DNA from: Alphaproteobacteria bacterium
GTDB lineage: Bacteria > Pseudomonadota > Alphaproteobacteria > CBDDJK01
Assembly: GCA_965229605.1 (NCBI GenBank)
Contig: OZ245892.1
Span: 72,102-136,101 of the forward strand
DNA length: 64,000 nt
Direction of reading: 5' to 3'
Below are positions 29,920-39,487 of this stretch, piece by piece. The translations under genes were made by a program, and so were the position numbers. The stretch's first letter is position 1, and each line of letters opens with the position of its first letter. The notes beneath the pieces were generated by a model that had not been told where the DNA came from, searched no databases, and worked only from the letters and a program-made list of their open reading frames with translations.

Positions 29920-31356
29920 TTGATGACTGTAACGGTTCGCTTTGCGCCTTCTCCGACTGGATTTCTGCATATAGGCGGGGCGCGCACGGCTTTGTTTAAC
30001 TTTCTTTTTGCCCGTCATCATGGGGGGCGTTATGTCTTGCGGATTGAGGACACGGACCGGGCGCGTTCAACGCCAGAGGCGGTGAGGGCTATTCTTGACG
30101 GGTTGGCCTGGCTGGGGCTTGAAGGCGATGAGGCCCCGGTTTATCAGTCGCATGGTCTGAGCCGTCATCAGGAAATTGCGCATCAGCTGTTAAAGAACGG
30201 GCAAGCCTACCGCTGTTATTGCACCCCTGAAGAGCTGGAGGACATGCGCAGCACCGCTTTGGCCGAGGGAAGACGCCCTGGCTATGACCGGCGGTGGCGA
30301 GACCGTGATTCGGCAGACCAACCGGATAACCAGCCCTTTACCATTCGCATTAAAATGCCGCTTGCCGGCGAAAGCACGCTGGAGGATCTGGTGCAAGGAC
30401 CGGTTACCATTGCCCATGACCAGCTGGATGATTTTGTTCTTCTACGGGCAGATGGCACCCCGACCTATATGCTGTCGGTTGTTGTTGATGACCATGATAT
30501 GGGGATCACCCATATTATAAGGGGAGACGATCATTTAACCAATGCGCACCGCCAGTTTCATTTAACCCGTGCGGCGGGCTGGGAACCTCCGCAATTTGCC
30601 CATATTCCCCTGATACATGGGCCGGACGGGGCCAAATTGTCAAAACGGCACGGTGCGCTTGGCGTTGAAAGCTATCGGGAGATGGGTTATCTGCCCGAAG
30701 CCTTAAAGAATTATCTTTTGCGTCTGGGCTGGTCCTATGGTGATGAGGAAATTATTTCCGAGAAAGATGCCATCGCCTGGTTTTCGCTTGAGCGGGTTGG
30801 CCGCGCCCCGGCCCGTTTTGACTTTGACAAGCTGGAAAATCTCAATGGCCATTATCTGCGCCTTTCTGATGAAGGGCGGCTGGTTGATCTTGTGCGCCAG
30901 CACTTGCACGATACGCCCGATATCAAGGATGCGCTTGATGATCCGGTGGTTATGGATCGCCTGACCCGTGGCATGGAAGGCTTAAAGCCGCGTGCGGCAA
31001 CGGTGACAGAGTTGGCTGATAATGCACTGATCTATATCGTCCGCCCGGACTATGGCAAGGTATCGGACAAAACTTTAAAACTTCTGCACCAGCTTGCCGG
31101 GGATGAGAATATAAAATCGCTTTGCGCTGAACTGGAAGCCCTTGACCCGTGGAATACAGACAGGATAGAAGATTTTCTGCGCGAGACAGCCAAGGCGCAA
31201 GATATCGGGCTTGGGAAGCTGGCCCAGCCTTTGCGGGCGGCTGTGACAGGGCGTGATCAGTCCCCCGGTCTTTTTGAGGTCATGAGCGTGCTTGGAAAAA
31301 GCGAATGTTTGGCACGAATTGAAATGGCCCTGACGTGGGTTAACAATCATGGCTAA
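29920..31356 (+). CDS. gltX: glutamyl-tRNA synthetase
   Basis: RFAPSPTGFLHIGGARTALFN (HIGH) and KLSKR (KMSKS) motifs, 478 aa. Confidence 0.95.
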   Translation: MMTVTVRFAPSPTGFLHIGGARTALFNFLFARHHGGRYVLRIEDTDRARSTPEAVRAILDGLAWLGLEGDEAPVYQSHGLSRHQEIAHQLLKNGQAYRCYCTPEELEDMRSTALAEGRRPGYDRRWRDRDSADQPDNQPFTIRIKMPLAGESTLEDLVQGPVTIAHDQLDDFVLLRADGTPTYMLSVVVDDHDMGITHIIRGDDHLTNAHRQFHLTRAAGWEPPQFAHIPLIHGPDGAKLSKRHGALGVESYREMGYLPEALKNYLLRLGWSYGDEEIISEKDAIAWFSLERVGRAPARFDFDKLENLNGHYLRLSDEGRLVDLVRQHLHDTPDIKDALDDPVVMDRLTRGMEGLKPRAATVTELADNALIYIVRPDYGKVSDKTLKLLHQLAGDENIKSLCAELEALDPWNTDRIEDFLRETAKAQDIGLGKLAQPLRAAVTGRDQSPGLFEVMSVLGKSECLARIEMALTWVNNHG

Positions 31357-32233
31357 ACCGACCAGGCTGGAGGCGTTGCGGGAGCATATTGATCAGCTGG
31401 ATGATCAAATCCATGATTTGATTATGCAACGCTGGACGATTGTATCGGACATCAACCGCCAGAAGTCGCAACAAAAGTCACAAGCTGAAACAACCACCCT
31501 TTTGCCGATTCGTCCGGAGCGCGAAGCCAGCATGTATCGCCGCCTGGCTGCGCGGCATAAAGGCCCGTTTGAGCTTTCTGCTCTATTTCGCATGTGGCAA
31601 GAGATGATTGCCTGTTATACCCAGCTTCAATCGCCCTTTGAGGTGGCGGTTGTGGTCAACGAGAACCGCCATGCTTTATGGGACCTGGCCCGGGACCGTT
31701 TTGGTCATACGACTCCGCTGACTCGCTGTGCAACGGCCCGCGAGTGTTTGAATCTGGTGAGTGAAGCTCCGAATATGCTGGCGGTTCTGCCTTTCCCGGT
31801 CTGGAGTCATGAAGACGACCCATGGTGGACACATCTGACAACCAACCCCGACATGCAGGTGGTGATGCATCTGCCGTTTTTTGAAAGCGGCAGTATTCGT
31901 ATGGGGGTGGATGATGCTGAAAGCCCGCGCGCCCTGGTGGTGGCAAGGTCAAAGGCTGCCCGCAGCGGTTATGACCGCAGTTTGCTTATTGTTGAAAGTG
32001 ACCCGGATATAAGCCGCAGCGGATTGGTTGAAGCGGTTAATGGGCTTAAACCCTCGGCACAGGTTCTTGCTATCGGGCCAGACAATGAAGTGCTGGTTGA
32101 AGTCACCGGTTTTGTGACCTCAACCCATCTGACGGTGATGGAGAAAAATCTGGCGCCTTTCTGCCGCAATCTTCATTTTGTTGGGTCCTATCAGACTGGC
32201 TTGTCGCTTGAAGAGGATTTATCTGGCGCATGA
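31349..32233 (+). CDS. chorismate mutase (AroQ class) with a roughly 200-aa C-terminal domain of uncertain nature
   Basis: The N-terminal 90 aa read LREHIDQLDDQIHDLIMQRWTIVSDI...PEREASMYRRL, the AroQ helical CM signature. The C-terminal part is only weakly prephenate-dehydratase-like. Synteny CM-hisC-tyrC. Confidence 0.65.
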   Translation: MAKPTRLEALREHIDQLDDQIHDLIMQRWTIVSDINRQKSQQKSQAETTTLLPIRPEREASMYRRLAARHKGPFELSALFRMWQEMIACYTQLQSPFEVAVVVNENRHALWDLARDRFGHTTPLTRCATARECLNLVSEAPNMLAVLPFPVWSHEDDPWWTHLTTNPDMQVVMHLPFFESGSIRMGVDDAESPRALVVARSKAARSGYDRSLLIVESDPDISRSGLVEAVNGLKPSAQVLAIGPDNEVLVEVTGFVTSTHLTVMEKNLAPFCRNLHFVGSYQTGLSLEEDLSGA

Positions 32234-33381
32234 CAAGCTCTGAACAGAAAATGACGCCTTTATCTGCCCCTTTATCTGATAAGCCGCAGCCTTTGCCCTG
32301 GGTCAGCCGGGCCCCGGTTTATATCCCCGGTCGTCATGCGGTTGAAGGGAATGAAGGACTTGAACCGGCTATCCTTTCAGCCAATGAAAACCCGCTGGGG
32401 TCCGGGCCAAAAGCCCGTGCAGCCTTGCGCAAAACCGGCGCACAGCTGCACCGCTATCCAGACGGAAGCACCTATGGTTTGCGTGCCACTCTGGCGCAGG
32501 AATTTTCACTCAATCCCGATCATATCGTCTGCGGAGCCGGGTCGGATGAACTGATCTCCATGCTGGTGCGCGGATTTGTCGGGCAAGGCGATGACGTGCT
32601 GATGTCCAGACATGGATTCCTGATGTATGAAATTTCAGCCATGCTGGTTGGGGCACATTGTATCAAGGTGCCTGAACGCGATGTGCGGGCTGATCCCGAT
32701 GCCTTGCTTGCGGCGGTCACCCCCAAAACCCGTATTCTGTTCCTGGCCAATCCCAATAACCCGACGGGAAGCTATCTTTCGGGACAAGAACTGTCCTATC
32801 TGCGGCAAAACCTGCCCGAATCAATAATCTTGGCAGTCGATGCCGCCTATAGCGAATATGCAGAACCGCTTGTTGACTATGATAATGGCCTCAATCTGGC
32901 CCGCAATAGCGAAAATACCGTGATGCTGCGCACCTTTTCCAAATTGCATGGGCTGGCTGCCTTGCGGGTCGGATGGGCCTTTGGTGGGCCTTTGATCAGT
33001 GACACTTTAAACCGGATACGCGGACCCTTTAACCTTTCTGCCCCGGCCGAAACTGCCGCTGTTGCCGCCTTGCAAGACAAAGATTTCATAACCAAAAGCC
33101 GCTTGCATAATCAGCAAGAGTGCCAACGCCTCTCTCGCCAGCTTACACGCATCGGGCATAACCGCGGCTGGTCAATCCCCCCCTCGGCCGGGAATTTTAT
33201 CCTGTGCCGGTTCTCGTCTCCACAAGAAGCCACCGCAGCCAACCAGGCTCTTGAAAAAGCCCGGATTATCGTCCGCCAGATGGGAGCCTACGGATTGCCC
33301 GAATCCTTGCGAATCACCATCGGGCGTAAGCGCGAAAATGACCGCGTGATCTCTGCGCTGTCTGACTTCTTGTTGCAATAG
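32230..33381 (+). CDS. hisC: histidinol-phosphate aminotransferase
   Basis: Class II aminotransferase with LSANENPLG, a YPD motif, NPNNPTG and the PLP-Lys region TFSKLHGLAALRVGW. Confidence 0.9.
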   Translation: MTSSEQKMTPLSAPLSDKPQPLPWVSRAPVYIPGRHAVEGNEGLEPAILSANENPLGSGPKARAALRKTGAQLHRYPDGSTYGLRATLAQEFSLNPDHIVCGAGSDELISMLVRGFVGQGDDVLMSRHGFLMYEISAMLVGAHCIKVPERDVRADPDALLAAVTPKTRILFLANPNNPTGSYLSGQELSYLRQNLPESIILAVDAAYSEYAEPLVDYDNGLNLARNSENTVMLRTFSKLHGLAALRVGWAFGGPLISDTLNRIRGPFNLSAPAETAAVAALQDKDFITKSRLHNQQECQRLSRQLTRIGHNRGWSIPPSAGNFILCRFSSPQEATAANQALEKARIIVRQMGAYGLPESLRITIGRKRENDRVISALSDFLLQ

Positions 33382-33392
33382 GATATAATATC

Positions 33393-34370
33393 ATGGCGTC
33401 CCCGGATTCTCCCAAACCTGTTTTTGACCATATCGCGCTGATTGGTATCGGCCATATCGGGGCCTCGCTGGCCATGGCTGTACGCAAACACGGGGTCGCC
33501 AAACAAATCAGCGGCTATGTGCCAAGTGCATCCTCCCGCGCCAGTGTTGAAAAACTCGGGCTTGTCGATCACTTGCACGAATCGCCAGGCGATGCTGTCA
33601 AAACCGCCGATCTTGTCGTCATTGCCGCCCCGGTCGGGGCCTATAAAACGATTGGCGAACAGATTGCTCCCTTTATTAAAAAGGATGCTATCGTCAGCGA
33701 TGTCGGGTCTTGCAAAGAAATCGTGGTCGAAGCTTTAACCCCTTTTCTGCCCGATCACTGCCATTTTATCCCGGGCCACCCGATTGCCGGAACCGAACAT
33801 TCAGGCCCGGAAGCTGGCATTGAAGGGCTTTTTGAAAATCGCTATTGCATTTTAACCCCACCTCCCGGCACCAGCCCGGATGCGATTGCCCGGCTCTCAC
33901 GCTTCTGGCAAGGAATCGGCACCACAGTCGATGTCATGGAGCCACATCGGCATGACCGGGTGCTGGCAATCACCTCTCATCTGCCACATGTTCTGGCCTA
34001 TGCCATTGTCCGCACGGCAGCTGATCTTGAAGCCCAGCTGATGGCTGAAAATCGCCTCGATCCCGAAATCATCCACTCTGGCGAGGTCATGCGCTATTCA
34101 GCAGGCGGCTTTCGCGACTTCACCCGGATTGCGGGCTCCAACCCGGTGATGTGGCGCGATATCTTTCTGGCCAATAAAGCCCCTATTCTGGAAATGATTG
34201 ACCGCTTTGAAGAAGACTTGCTGCAACTGCGCCGGGCCATCCGCACCGGCGATGGTGATCATTTGCATAAATGGTTTACCGATACACGGATTGTCCGCCG
34301 GGGTATTGTCGAACAAAAACAAGCCGGAACCTTTATTCCTACAGAGCTTGAAACCAGCTCAAAAGATTAA
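33393..34370 (+). CDS. tyrC: prephenate/arogenate (cyclohexadienyl) dehydrogenase
   Basis: Rossmann IALIGIGHIGASLA and a TyrA catalytic-domain signature (HPIAGTEHSGP). Follows hisC as in many alphaproteobacteria. Confidence 0.85.
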   Translation: MASPDSPKPVFDHIALIGIGHIGASLAMAVRKHGVAKQISGYVPSASSRASVEKLGLVDHLHESPGDAVKTADLVVIAAPVGAYKTIGEQIAPFIKKDAIVSDVGSCKEIVVEALTPFLPDHCHFIPGHPIAGTEHSGPEAGIEGLFENRYCILTPPPGTSPDAIARLSRFWQGIGTTVDVMEPHRHDRVLAITSHLPHVLAYAIVRTAADLEAQLMAENRLDPEIIHSGEVMRYSAGGFRDFTRIAGSNPVMWRDIFLANKAPILEMIDRFEEDLLQLRRAIRTGDGDHLHKWFTDTRIVRRGIVEQKQAGTFIPTELETSSKD

Positions 34371-36622
34371 GAAAAGCGGTTTGTCCGGGCAAAGCCGGAA
34401 GGTGGCAGGCGGCCGGTTTGACCGCGCTTGCCATACCAAGCCTCAAGCGCAGTTTCCGTGCGGGTGCGCTCTCCACTGCGCCAGCTTAATCCCTGCGCTT
34501 TTTGAAAGCCCCTGATATCGCTGACCCGGTCGCCTTTATATTTTTGCAAAAGCACCCCGCGCCCTCGCCCCAGCACCGGGACCTCACTTCTGGCAAAACA
34601 TAAAAGCTTGCGATTGCTGCCAATAACCGCGATGCTGTCGTCTTCCGGCTCTATCGTGGCAGTCGCACATAGACGGCTGGTTGCCGGAAGCGACATAATC
34701 TGCTTGCCGTTCTTGGTTTGGGCAACCAAATCGGCCTGATCGCTTAAAAACCCGCGCCCGTCATCAGAGGCCAGCAATAACTGCTTCTTTTCATCAAAAA
34801 CATTCAGCGCAACAATGCTGTCCTGGCTGTCCAGTGTGATCATCAGCCGGACAGGTTCGCCCATCCCGCGCCCGCCCGGCAGCTTATCAGCCCCCAGCGT
34901 ATAGACCCGGCCATTGCTGGCAACGATCAATAGTTTGTCAGTGGTATGGGCATGAAGGCAAAAGCGGGCTTCATCGCCATCTTTATATTTAATCTGGGCG
35001 CATTGCTCGGCATCCAGATGACCGCGCACAGAGCGAATCCAGTCTTTCTTTGACAGAAAAATTGTCACCGGTTCGCGCTCGATCATCGTGTCAGGCACAA
35101 ATTCAACCATATTGTCAGGCGCAACAACCTGCGTGCGCCGTTCCGATAAAGCCGGATGTTTTTCATAATCCGCTTTCAGGCTTTTGACCTCCCCGGCCAG
35201 AGCTTTCCAGCGTGAAGCTTCATTGGTCAGCAACCCATCAATCTCTTGGCGTTCCTTGGTCAGGGTCTCTTTTTCCTGTTTAAGGGCCATTTCCTCCAGC
35301 CGCCGCAAGGCCCGCAGCCGTAAATTCAAAATCGCCTCGGCCTGAATATCACTTAATGAAAAACGCTGCATCAGCGCGGCTTTTGGCGAGTCCTCATCGC
35401 GGATAATCCGGATCACCTGATCAAGATCAAGAAAAGCAATCAAATAGCCGTCCAGCAGATGCAACCGCTGCTCAATGGCGGCTTTGCGGTGATTGAGCCT
35501 GCGGATCAGAACCTGATGGCGGTGATCCAGCCATTGCTGCAAGGCCGCTTTCAGCCCCAGCAAGCGCGGGATACGGCCGTCATCGGTCAGCATATTCATA
35601 TTCAAACTATAGCGGGTTTCCAGCTCGGTCTGCCGGAACAGGCTGGCCATCAGCATATCAGGATCAACCGTGCGGGCCCGGGGAACCAGCACCAGGCGCA
35701 AATCCTCAGCCGATTCATCGCGGACATCGCCAAGCAAAGGATTGCTTTTGCCCAGAGCCAGATCAGCCAGCCGTTCAACCAGACGGCTTTTGGTGACCTG
35801 ATAGGGAATCTGGTCAATAATAATTTCAAACCCGCCGCCTTTTTGCCGGTCAATCTGATAATTGGCCCGCAGGCGGAAGCTGCCGCGCCCGCTTTCATAG
35901 GCCGCCGCAATCGTTTCCTGATCCTCTGCCAGAATGCCACCTGTCGGGAAGTCGGGGCCTTGAATATGGTCCATAAGCTCCAGGGTTGTGCAGCCCGGCT
36001 TCTTGATCAAAAGCAATAAGGCATCACAGAGTTCCAGAATATTATGCGGCGGAATATTGGTTGCCAGCCCGACCGCAATACCGCTGGCACCGTTGGCTAA
36101 CAGCTGCGGAAAGGCAGCTGGAAGCACCGTTGGCTCATCGCTTTCATTGTCATAGGTCGGGCGAAAATCAACTGAATCATCATCCAGACCCTGCAAAAGA
36201 TAATCGGCACTAAATGTCATCCGGGCTTCGGTATAGCGCATGGCGGCAGCATTATCGCCATCAATCGTGCCGAAATTCCCTTGCCCGTCAATCAAGGGAT
36301 AGCGCGATGAAAAATCCTGCGCCAGCCGCACCAGCGCATCATAAATGGCCTGATCACCGTGCGGGTGCAGCTTTCCCATAACATCGCCAACGATGCGGGC
36401 GCATTTCTTAAAGCCGCTTTTCGGGTCCAGCTTCAACTCCCGCATCGCCACCAACAATCGGCGATGGACGGGCTTTAATCCATCGCGGGCATCCGGCAAC
36501 GAGCGCGAAGTGATGGTTGACAAGGCATAGGCCAGATAGCGTTCGCCCAGAGCCTTTGCCAGGTCCTGTTCCCGAATATTATTTTCATCGGCATTGTCTA
36601 TTGCATCAAATCTATCAGACAT
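34367..36622 (-). CDS. parC: DNA topoisomerase IV subunit A
   Basis: GyrA/ParC N-terminal breakage-reunion domain (DGLKPVHRR...IVGDVMGKLHPHGD...AAMRYTE). At 751 aa with a short C-terminal domain and no GyrA box, it is ParC rather than GyrA. Confidence 0.85.
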   Translation of the reverse strand: MSDRFDAIDNADENNIREQDLAKALGERYLAYALSTITSRSLPDARDGLKPVHRRLLVAMRELKLDPKSGFKKCARIVGDVMGKLHPHGDQAIYDALVRLAQDFSSRYPLIDGQGNFGTIDGDNAAAMRYTEARMTFSADYLLQGLDDDSVDFRPTYDNESDEPTVLPAAFPQLLANGASGIAVGLATNIPPHNILELCDALLLLIKKPGCTTLELMDHIQGPDFPTGGILAEDQETIAAAYESGRGSFRLRANYQIDRQKGGGFEIIIDQIPYQVTKSRLVERLADLALGKSNPLLGDVRDESAEDLRLVLVPRARTVDPDMLMASLFRQTELETRYSLNMNMLTDDGRIPRLLGLKAALQQWLDHRHQVLIRRLNHRKAAIEQRLHLLDGYLIAFLDLDQVIRIIRDEDSPKAALMQRFSLSDIQAEAILNLRLRALRRLEEMALKQEKETLTKERQEIDGLLTNEASRWKALAGEVKSLKADYEKHPALSERRTQVVAPDNMVEFVPDTMIEREPVTIFLSKKDWIRSVRGHLDAEQCAQIKYKDGDEARFCLHAHTTDKLLIVASNGRVYTLGADKLPGGRGMGEPVRLMITLDSQDSIVALNVFDEKKQLLLASDDGRGFLSDQADLVAQTKNGKQIMSLPATSRLCATATIEPEDDSIAVIGSNRKLLCFARSEVPVLGRGRGVLLQKYKGDRVSDIRGFQKAQGLSWRSGERTRTETALEAWYGKRGQTGRLPPSGFARTNRFS

Positions 36623-36690
36623 AAAAGAGAGCTAGGGCGATTCGGCTTTAGACGGCAAGTCCTTCGCCGGATAACGCATTTAACGCTGAC

Positions 36691-36750
36691 CCCATTTGAT
36701 TGTTGCCCATTTGATTGTTGCCCATTTGATTGTTGCCCATTTGATTGTTG
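36691..36750. repeat. perfect tandem array of 4 x 15 bp (CCCATTTGATTGTTG) in the parC / kinase divergent intergenic region
   Basis: Direct read, with no mismatches between copies. It ends in ttgacagg, which is -35-like. Confidence 0.9.
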
Positions 36751-36858
36751 ACAGGAAAGCACTGCCTTTGATAGCGGCTTATGGTGGCCCTTATGACCGG
36801 GGTAAAAAGTGAAAGGGCGAAAGAGCCACCTTCAGAATAAGGTCCGGGCAGGATTTAT

Positions 36859-37533
36859 ATGTCTTCATCTCGATTGCAGAATAATCAGCGGCAAAACCTG
36901 CACCTGCAAAATATAAAATTAGCTATTGAGTCGGCTATTGAAAAGACTCCGCGGGTTTTGCTGGCTATCTCTGGCCCGCCAGCAGCTGGCAAATCGACGC
37001 TGGCAGAAGAACTGGCTCTTTCCTATGGAGAAAAAGCGGCTTTCGTGCCGATGGACGGATTTCATCTGGATAATGATATTTTAACCGCCAGAGGAATGTT
37101 GGCCCGAAAAGGATCACCTGAAACCTTTGACGGGAAAGGGTTTGTCCATCTGGTTGAGCGGATTGCCGCTGGAGAATCAGTCTATGCGCCGCGCTTTGAC
37201 CGGGCAGCTGATCTGTCTCGGGCAGGTGCCATAGAGATTGACCATCACTCTTTGATTATTTTTGAAGGGAATTATCTCTTTTCTGCCCTTGCGCCGTGGG
37301 ACAGGCTGATCGCTTACTGGACGCTTTCAATCTGGCTTGATGTGTCTTTGGAGACGATTGAGAAGCGATGCATAGACCGCTGGCTGGCGCAGGGCCTCTC
37401 GCTTGCTGCTGCGCGTACGCGGGCCAGAGAGAATGATCTTGCTAATGCCCGCCTGGTGATAGAAAGCCAACAGGCTGCGACGGGCCCTTTCTTCCGTCTT
37501 TCCTCTGAAGATTCATCCCCTGTAGAAAAGTAG
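36859..37533 (+). CDS. P-loop nucleoside/nucleotide kinase family protein (uridine kinase/PRK-like)
   Basis: Walker A ISGPPAAGKST and a kinase-like DGFH motif, 224 aa. Confidence 0.65.
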   Translation: MSSSRLQNNQRQNLHLQNIKLAIESAIEKTPRVLLAISGPPAAGKSTLAEELALSYGEKAAFVPMDGFHLDNDILTARGMLARKGSPETFDGKGFVHLVERIAAGESVYAPRFDRAADLSRAGAIEIDHHSLIIFEGNYLFSALAPWDRLIAYWTLSIWLDVSLETIEKRCIDRWLAQGLSLAAARTRARENDLANARLVIESQQAATGPFFRLSSEDSSPVEK

Positions 37534-37860
37534 AAAAAACGCCTTTATTATTCTTTGGCACGGAAATTGCTTTTAATATTCCATAAATCTTATGTCTCTG
37601 GAAGAATTCAGAGATCAGGACAACGCAAGAAGCAAACCGGGGAACGGAATGGACTATCAGGCAGGTGGCTGAGCGGGTCATAAGTATCGTTATATGACCC
37701 AATCAGCTTTTTACAGACAGCTATGACGTAAAGCACTTATATATGGTTTTAAATGTTATGCATAAGCATTTAAGCCTGTATATGACGCTGAAACGACATA
37801 TGCCGGGGTGAATCCTGAGAATGGATTTATGCTGGCGTAACCAGACGAATTGAGGAAGAA

Positions 37861-39093
37861 ATGGTTGACCGCGTTAGCACGGCCGGCGTCAATTTGACGA
37901 ATTTGCTTTCGATGCAGGAAGCGAAGTCTTTGATGGATACGGTCACTAATCGTTTGACGACTGGCCGCCAGTGGCAGCGTTACCAGGACTATGGGACGGA
38001 TGCCAAGAGGATTGTTGATTATCAGAATATGATCAACGAGCACACGGGCTATATTCGTTCGATTCAGCTGGTTGAGCCGATTACGTCATCTTATGATGAG
38101 GTGTTAAGTCGTTTGGCGGATGTTGCGACGAATTTGATGCGTGCGGCTGATCCGATGACGGTTGAGCGCGAGGATTTTCCCGGAGAGACCGCTGGTTTAG
38201 CGGAATCCTGGATGGTTGAGATTGAGTCCAATTTGAATGTCGAGATTGGCGGGCGTTATATTTTTGCAGGCTCCAATTTCACGGAGGCTCCGGTCAAGGA
38301 CTTGCGCACGCTGGCTGATTATTCGGTCTATGATATAGACGATGCGCAGGGTTTGATTGATTCTGGTCTGGCACCTACGGGATTTTACACGGTGCCGGAG
38401 CTGGATGAAAACGGCAATCTGCAATATGATTCCTTTGGCGATATCATTGTTGGAGACCCGATTGAGCTTGGCACGCCGGATGCCCTGGAAAGCGCAGATA
38501 TTGTTCCGCAAAGCACCTATAAACGGCCATTGATTGATTCAAATACGGGTGATCCGGTCTATGACGCCAGTGGAAATATCGTGCTTCAGGAAACTGTCCA
38601 GTCTTACCATGAGAAATTTGCGGGCGATCAGACCGAAGACAGCCGGGCCTGGGATCAAATGAGCCTGACCGCAAGCGAGGGCAGTGCCTATTTTTACGGG
38701 ATTACGGCAGTCGAAGAAGGCTTTCAAAATCTGATTGAAGCGGCTTTACGCTTGCGCTCGGCCACGCAGGAAGACCTGGACCCCAATAATGAAAATAATA
38801 ACTGGGACCGGCAGCGCAACTTGCTACGCGAAGCCTATAATCTGGCAGATGCCGCCAGAGACCAGATCAGACAGCTGGAAGTCCGCAACGCCACCACCAT
38901 AAATTTCTTTTCTGAATCCGTGGATTTCCATGACCGCTTTATTTCCTTAAGCCAGGTCGCGCAGGACGACTTGCGCAATGCCGATCAAAATGAATCGGCT
39001 ATTCTGCTTTCGGCCCTGAATGGCCAGATGGAAGCCTCCTATAATGCGATTGCCAAACGCAATCAGCTGTCACTGACCAACTTCCTGAATTGA
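37861..39093 (+). CDS. flagellin-superfamily protein, FlgL (hook-associated protein 3)-like, orphan
   Basis: N-terminal helical segment MVDRVSTAGVNLTNLLSMQEAKSLMDTVTNRLTTGRQ, an internal GGRYIFAG motif as in FlgL, and a C-terminal helical segment NAIAKRNQLSLTNFLN resembling the FlgL/flagellin C-terminus. The upstream region is AT-rich and the RBS is a good gaggaag. No other flagellar genes lie in the window. Confidence 0.55.
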   Translation: MVDRVSTAGVNLTNLLSMQEAKSLMDTVTNRLTTGRQWQRYQDYGTDAKRIVDYQNMINEHTGYIRSIQLVEPITSSYDEVLSRLADVATNLMRAADPMTVEREDFPGETAGLAESWMVEIESNLNVEIGGRYIFAGSNFTEAPVKDLRTLADYSVYDIDDAQGLIDSGLAPTGFYTVPELDENGNLQYDSFGDIIVGDPIELGTPDALESADIVPQSTYKRPLIDSNTGDPVYDASGNIVLQETVQSYHEKFAGDQTEDSRAWDQMSLTASEGSAYFYGITAVEEGFQNLIEAALRLRSATQEDLDPNNENNNWDRQRNLLREAYNLADAARDQIRQLEVRNATTINFFSESVDFHDRFISLSQVAQDDLRNADQNESAILLSALNGQMEASYNAIAKRNQLSLTNFLN

Positions 39094-39096
39094 TTG

Positions 39097-39112
39097 ATTT
39101 TGTGCGTTTATA
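39097..39112. terminator. short GC hairpin (GTGCGT-TTAT-ACGCAC) between convergent genes; candidate bidirectional terminator
   Basis: 6-bp perfect stem with a 4-nt loop and T/A-rich flanks, exactly between the FlgL-like stop (39093) and the hicB stop (39131). Confidence 0.45.
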
Positions 39113-39130
39113 CGCACTTGCTGGGAACCT

Positions 39131-39409
39131 TCACACCTTAATCCGTAAAGCCTGTTGAATAGCCGCTTTAAGCGATATGTAAACATAAGGAGAAACAGTG
39201 GCTTGCCCGGGCTTTGGACGGCTTGGCACTGGCAGAGGCATTCCGCTTTCCAAATAGCTTTCAAGAGCGGCTGAAAGCGCATCTCGGGCCCCGGCAACCG
39301 TTTTAAAACGATCAGGATCGCCAGTGATCGCTTCTGGCACATCCGGAAACCTGATCATCCAGCTTCCGTCCTCTTCAAATTGTTCAAGCTCATAGGGGTA
39401 ATTATGCAT
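39131..39409 (-). CDS. hicB: HicB-family antitoxin (UPF0150), with no HicA partner detected
   Basis: 92 aa reading YELEQFEEDGSWMIRFPDVPEAITGDPDRFKTVAGARDALSAALESYLESGMPLP, the typical HicB N-terminal RNase-H-like fold. No HicA-like ORF is within 100 bp on either side. Confidence 0.65.
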   Translation of the reverse strand: MHNYPYELEQFEEDGSWMIRFPDVPEAITGDPDRFKTVAGARDALSAALESYLESGMPLPVPSRPKPGQATVSPYVYISLKAAIQQALRIKV

Positions 39410-39487
39410 GGTTTACGCCTTCAAATTAAGCTGTTTGAGGATCACTTTGAACAACGGATTCCCTTTTTATAATTTTTTGATCTGCGT

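Noticed and set aside
35459-36019. 186-aa plus-strand ORF inside parC.
   Set aside because: It is antisense to the conserved ParC core, Gln/Ala-rich and low complexity.
36691-36750. CRISPR array.
   Set aside because: The repeats are 15 bp and directly abutting with no spacers. There are no cas genes anywhere in the window.
39070-39342. 90-aa ORF overlapping hicB that might have been the missing HicA toxin.
   Set aside because: It is in a different frame across the hicB coding sequence. It has no HicA motifs such as the conserved Gly-His core, and it is rich in Cys/Leu codons typical of shadow ORFs.
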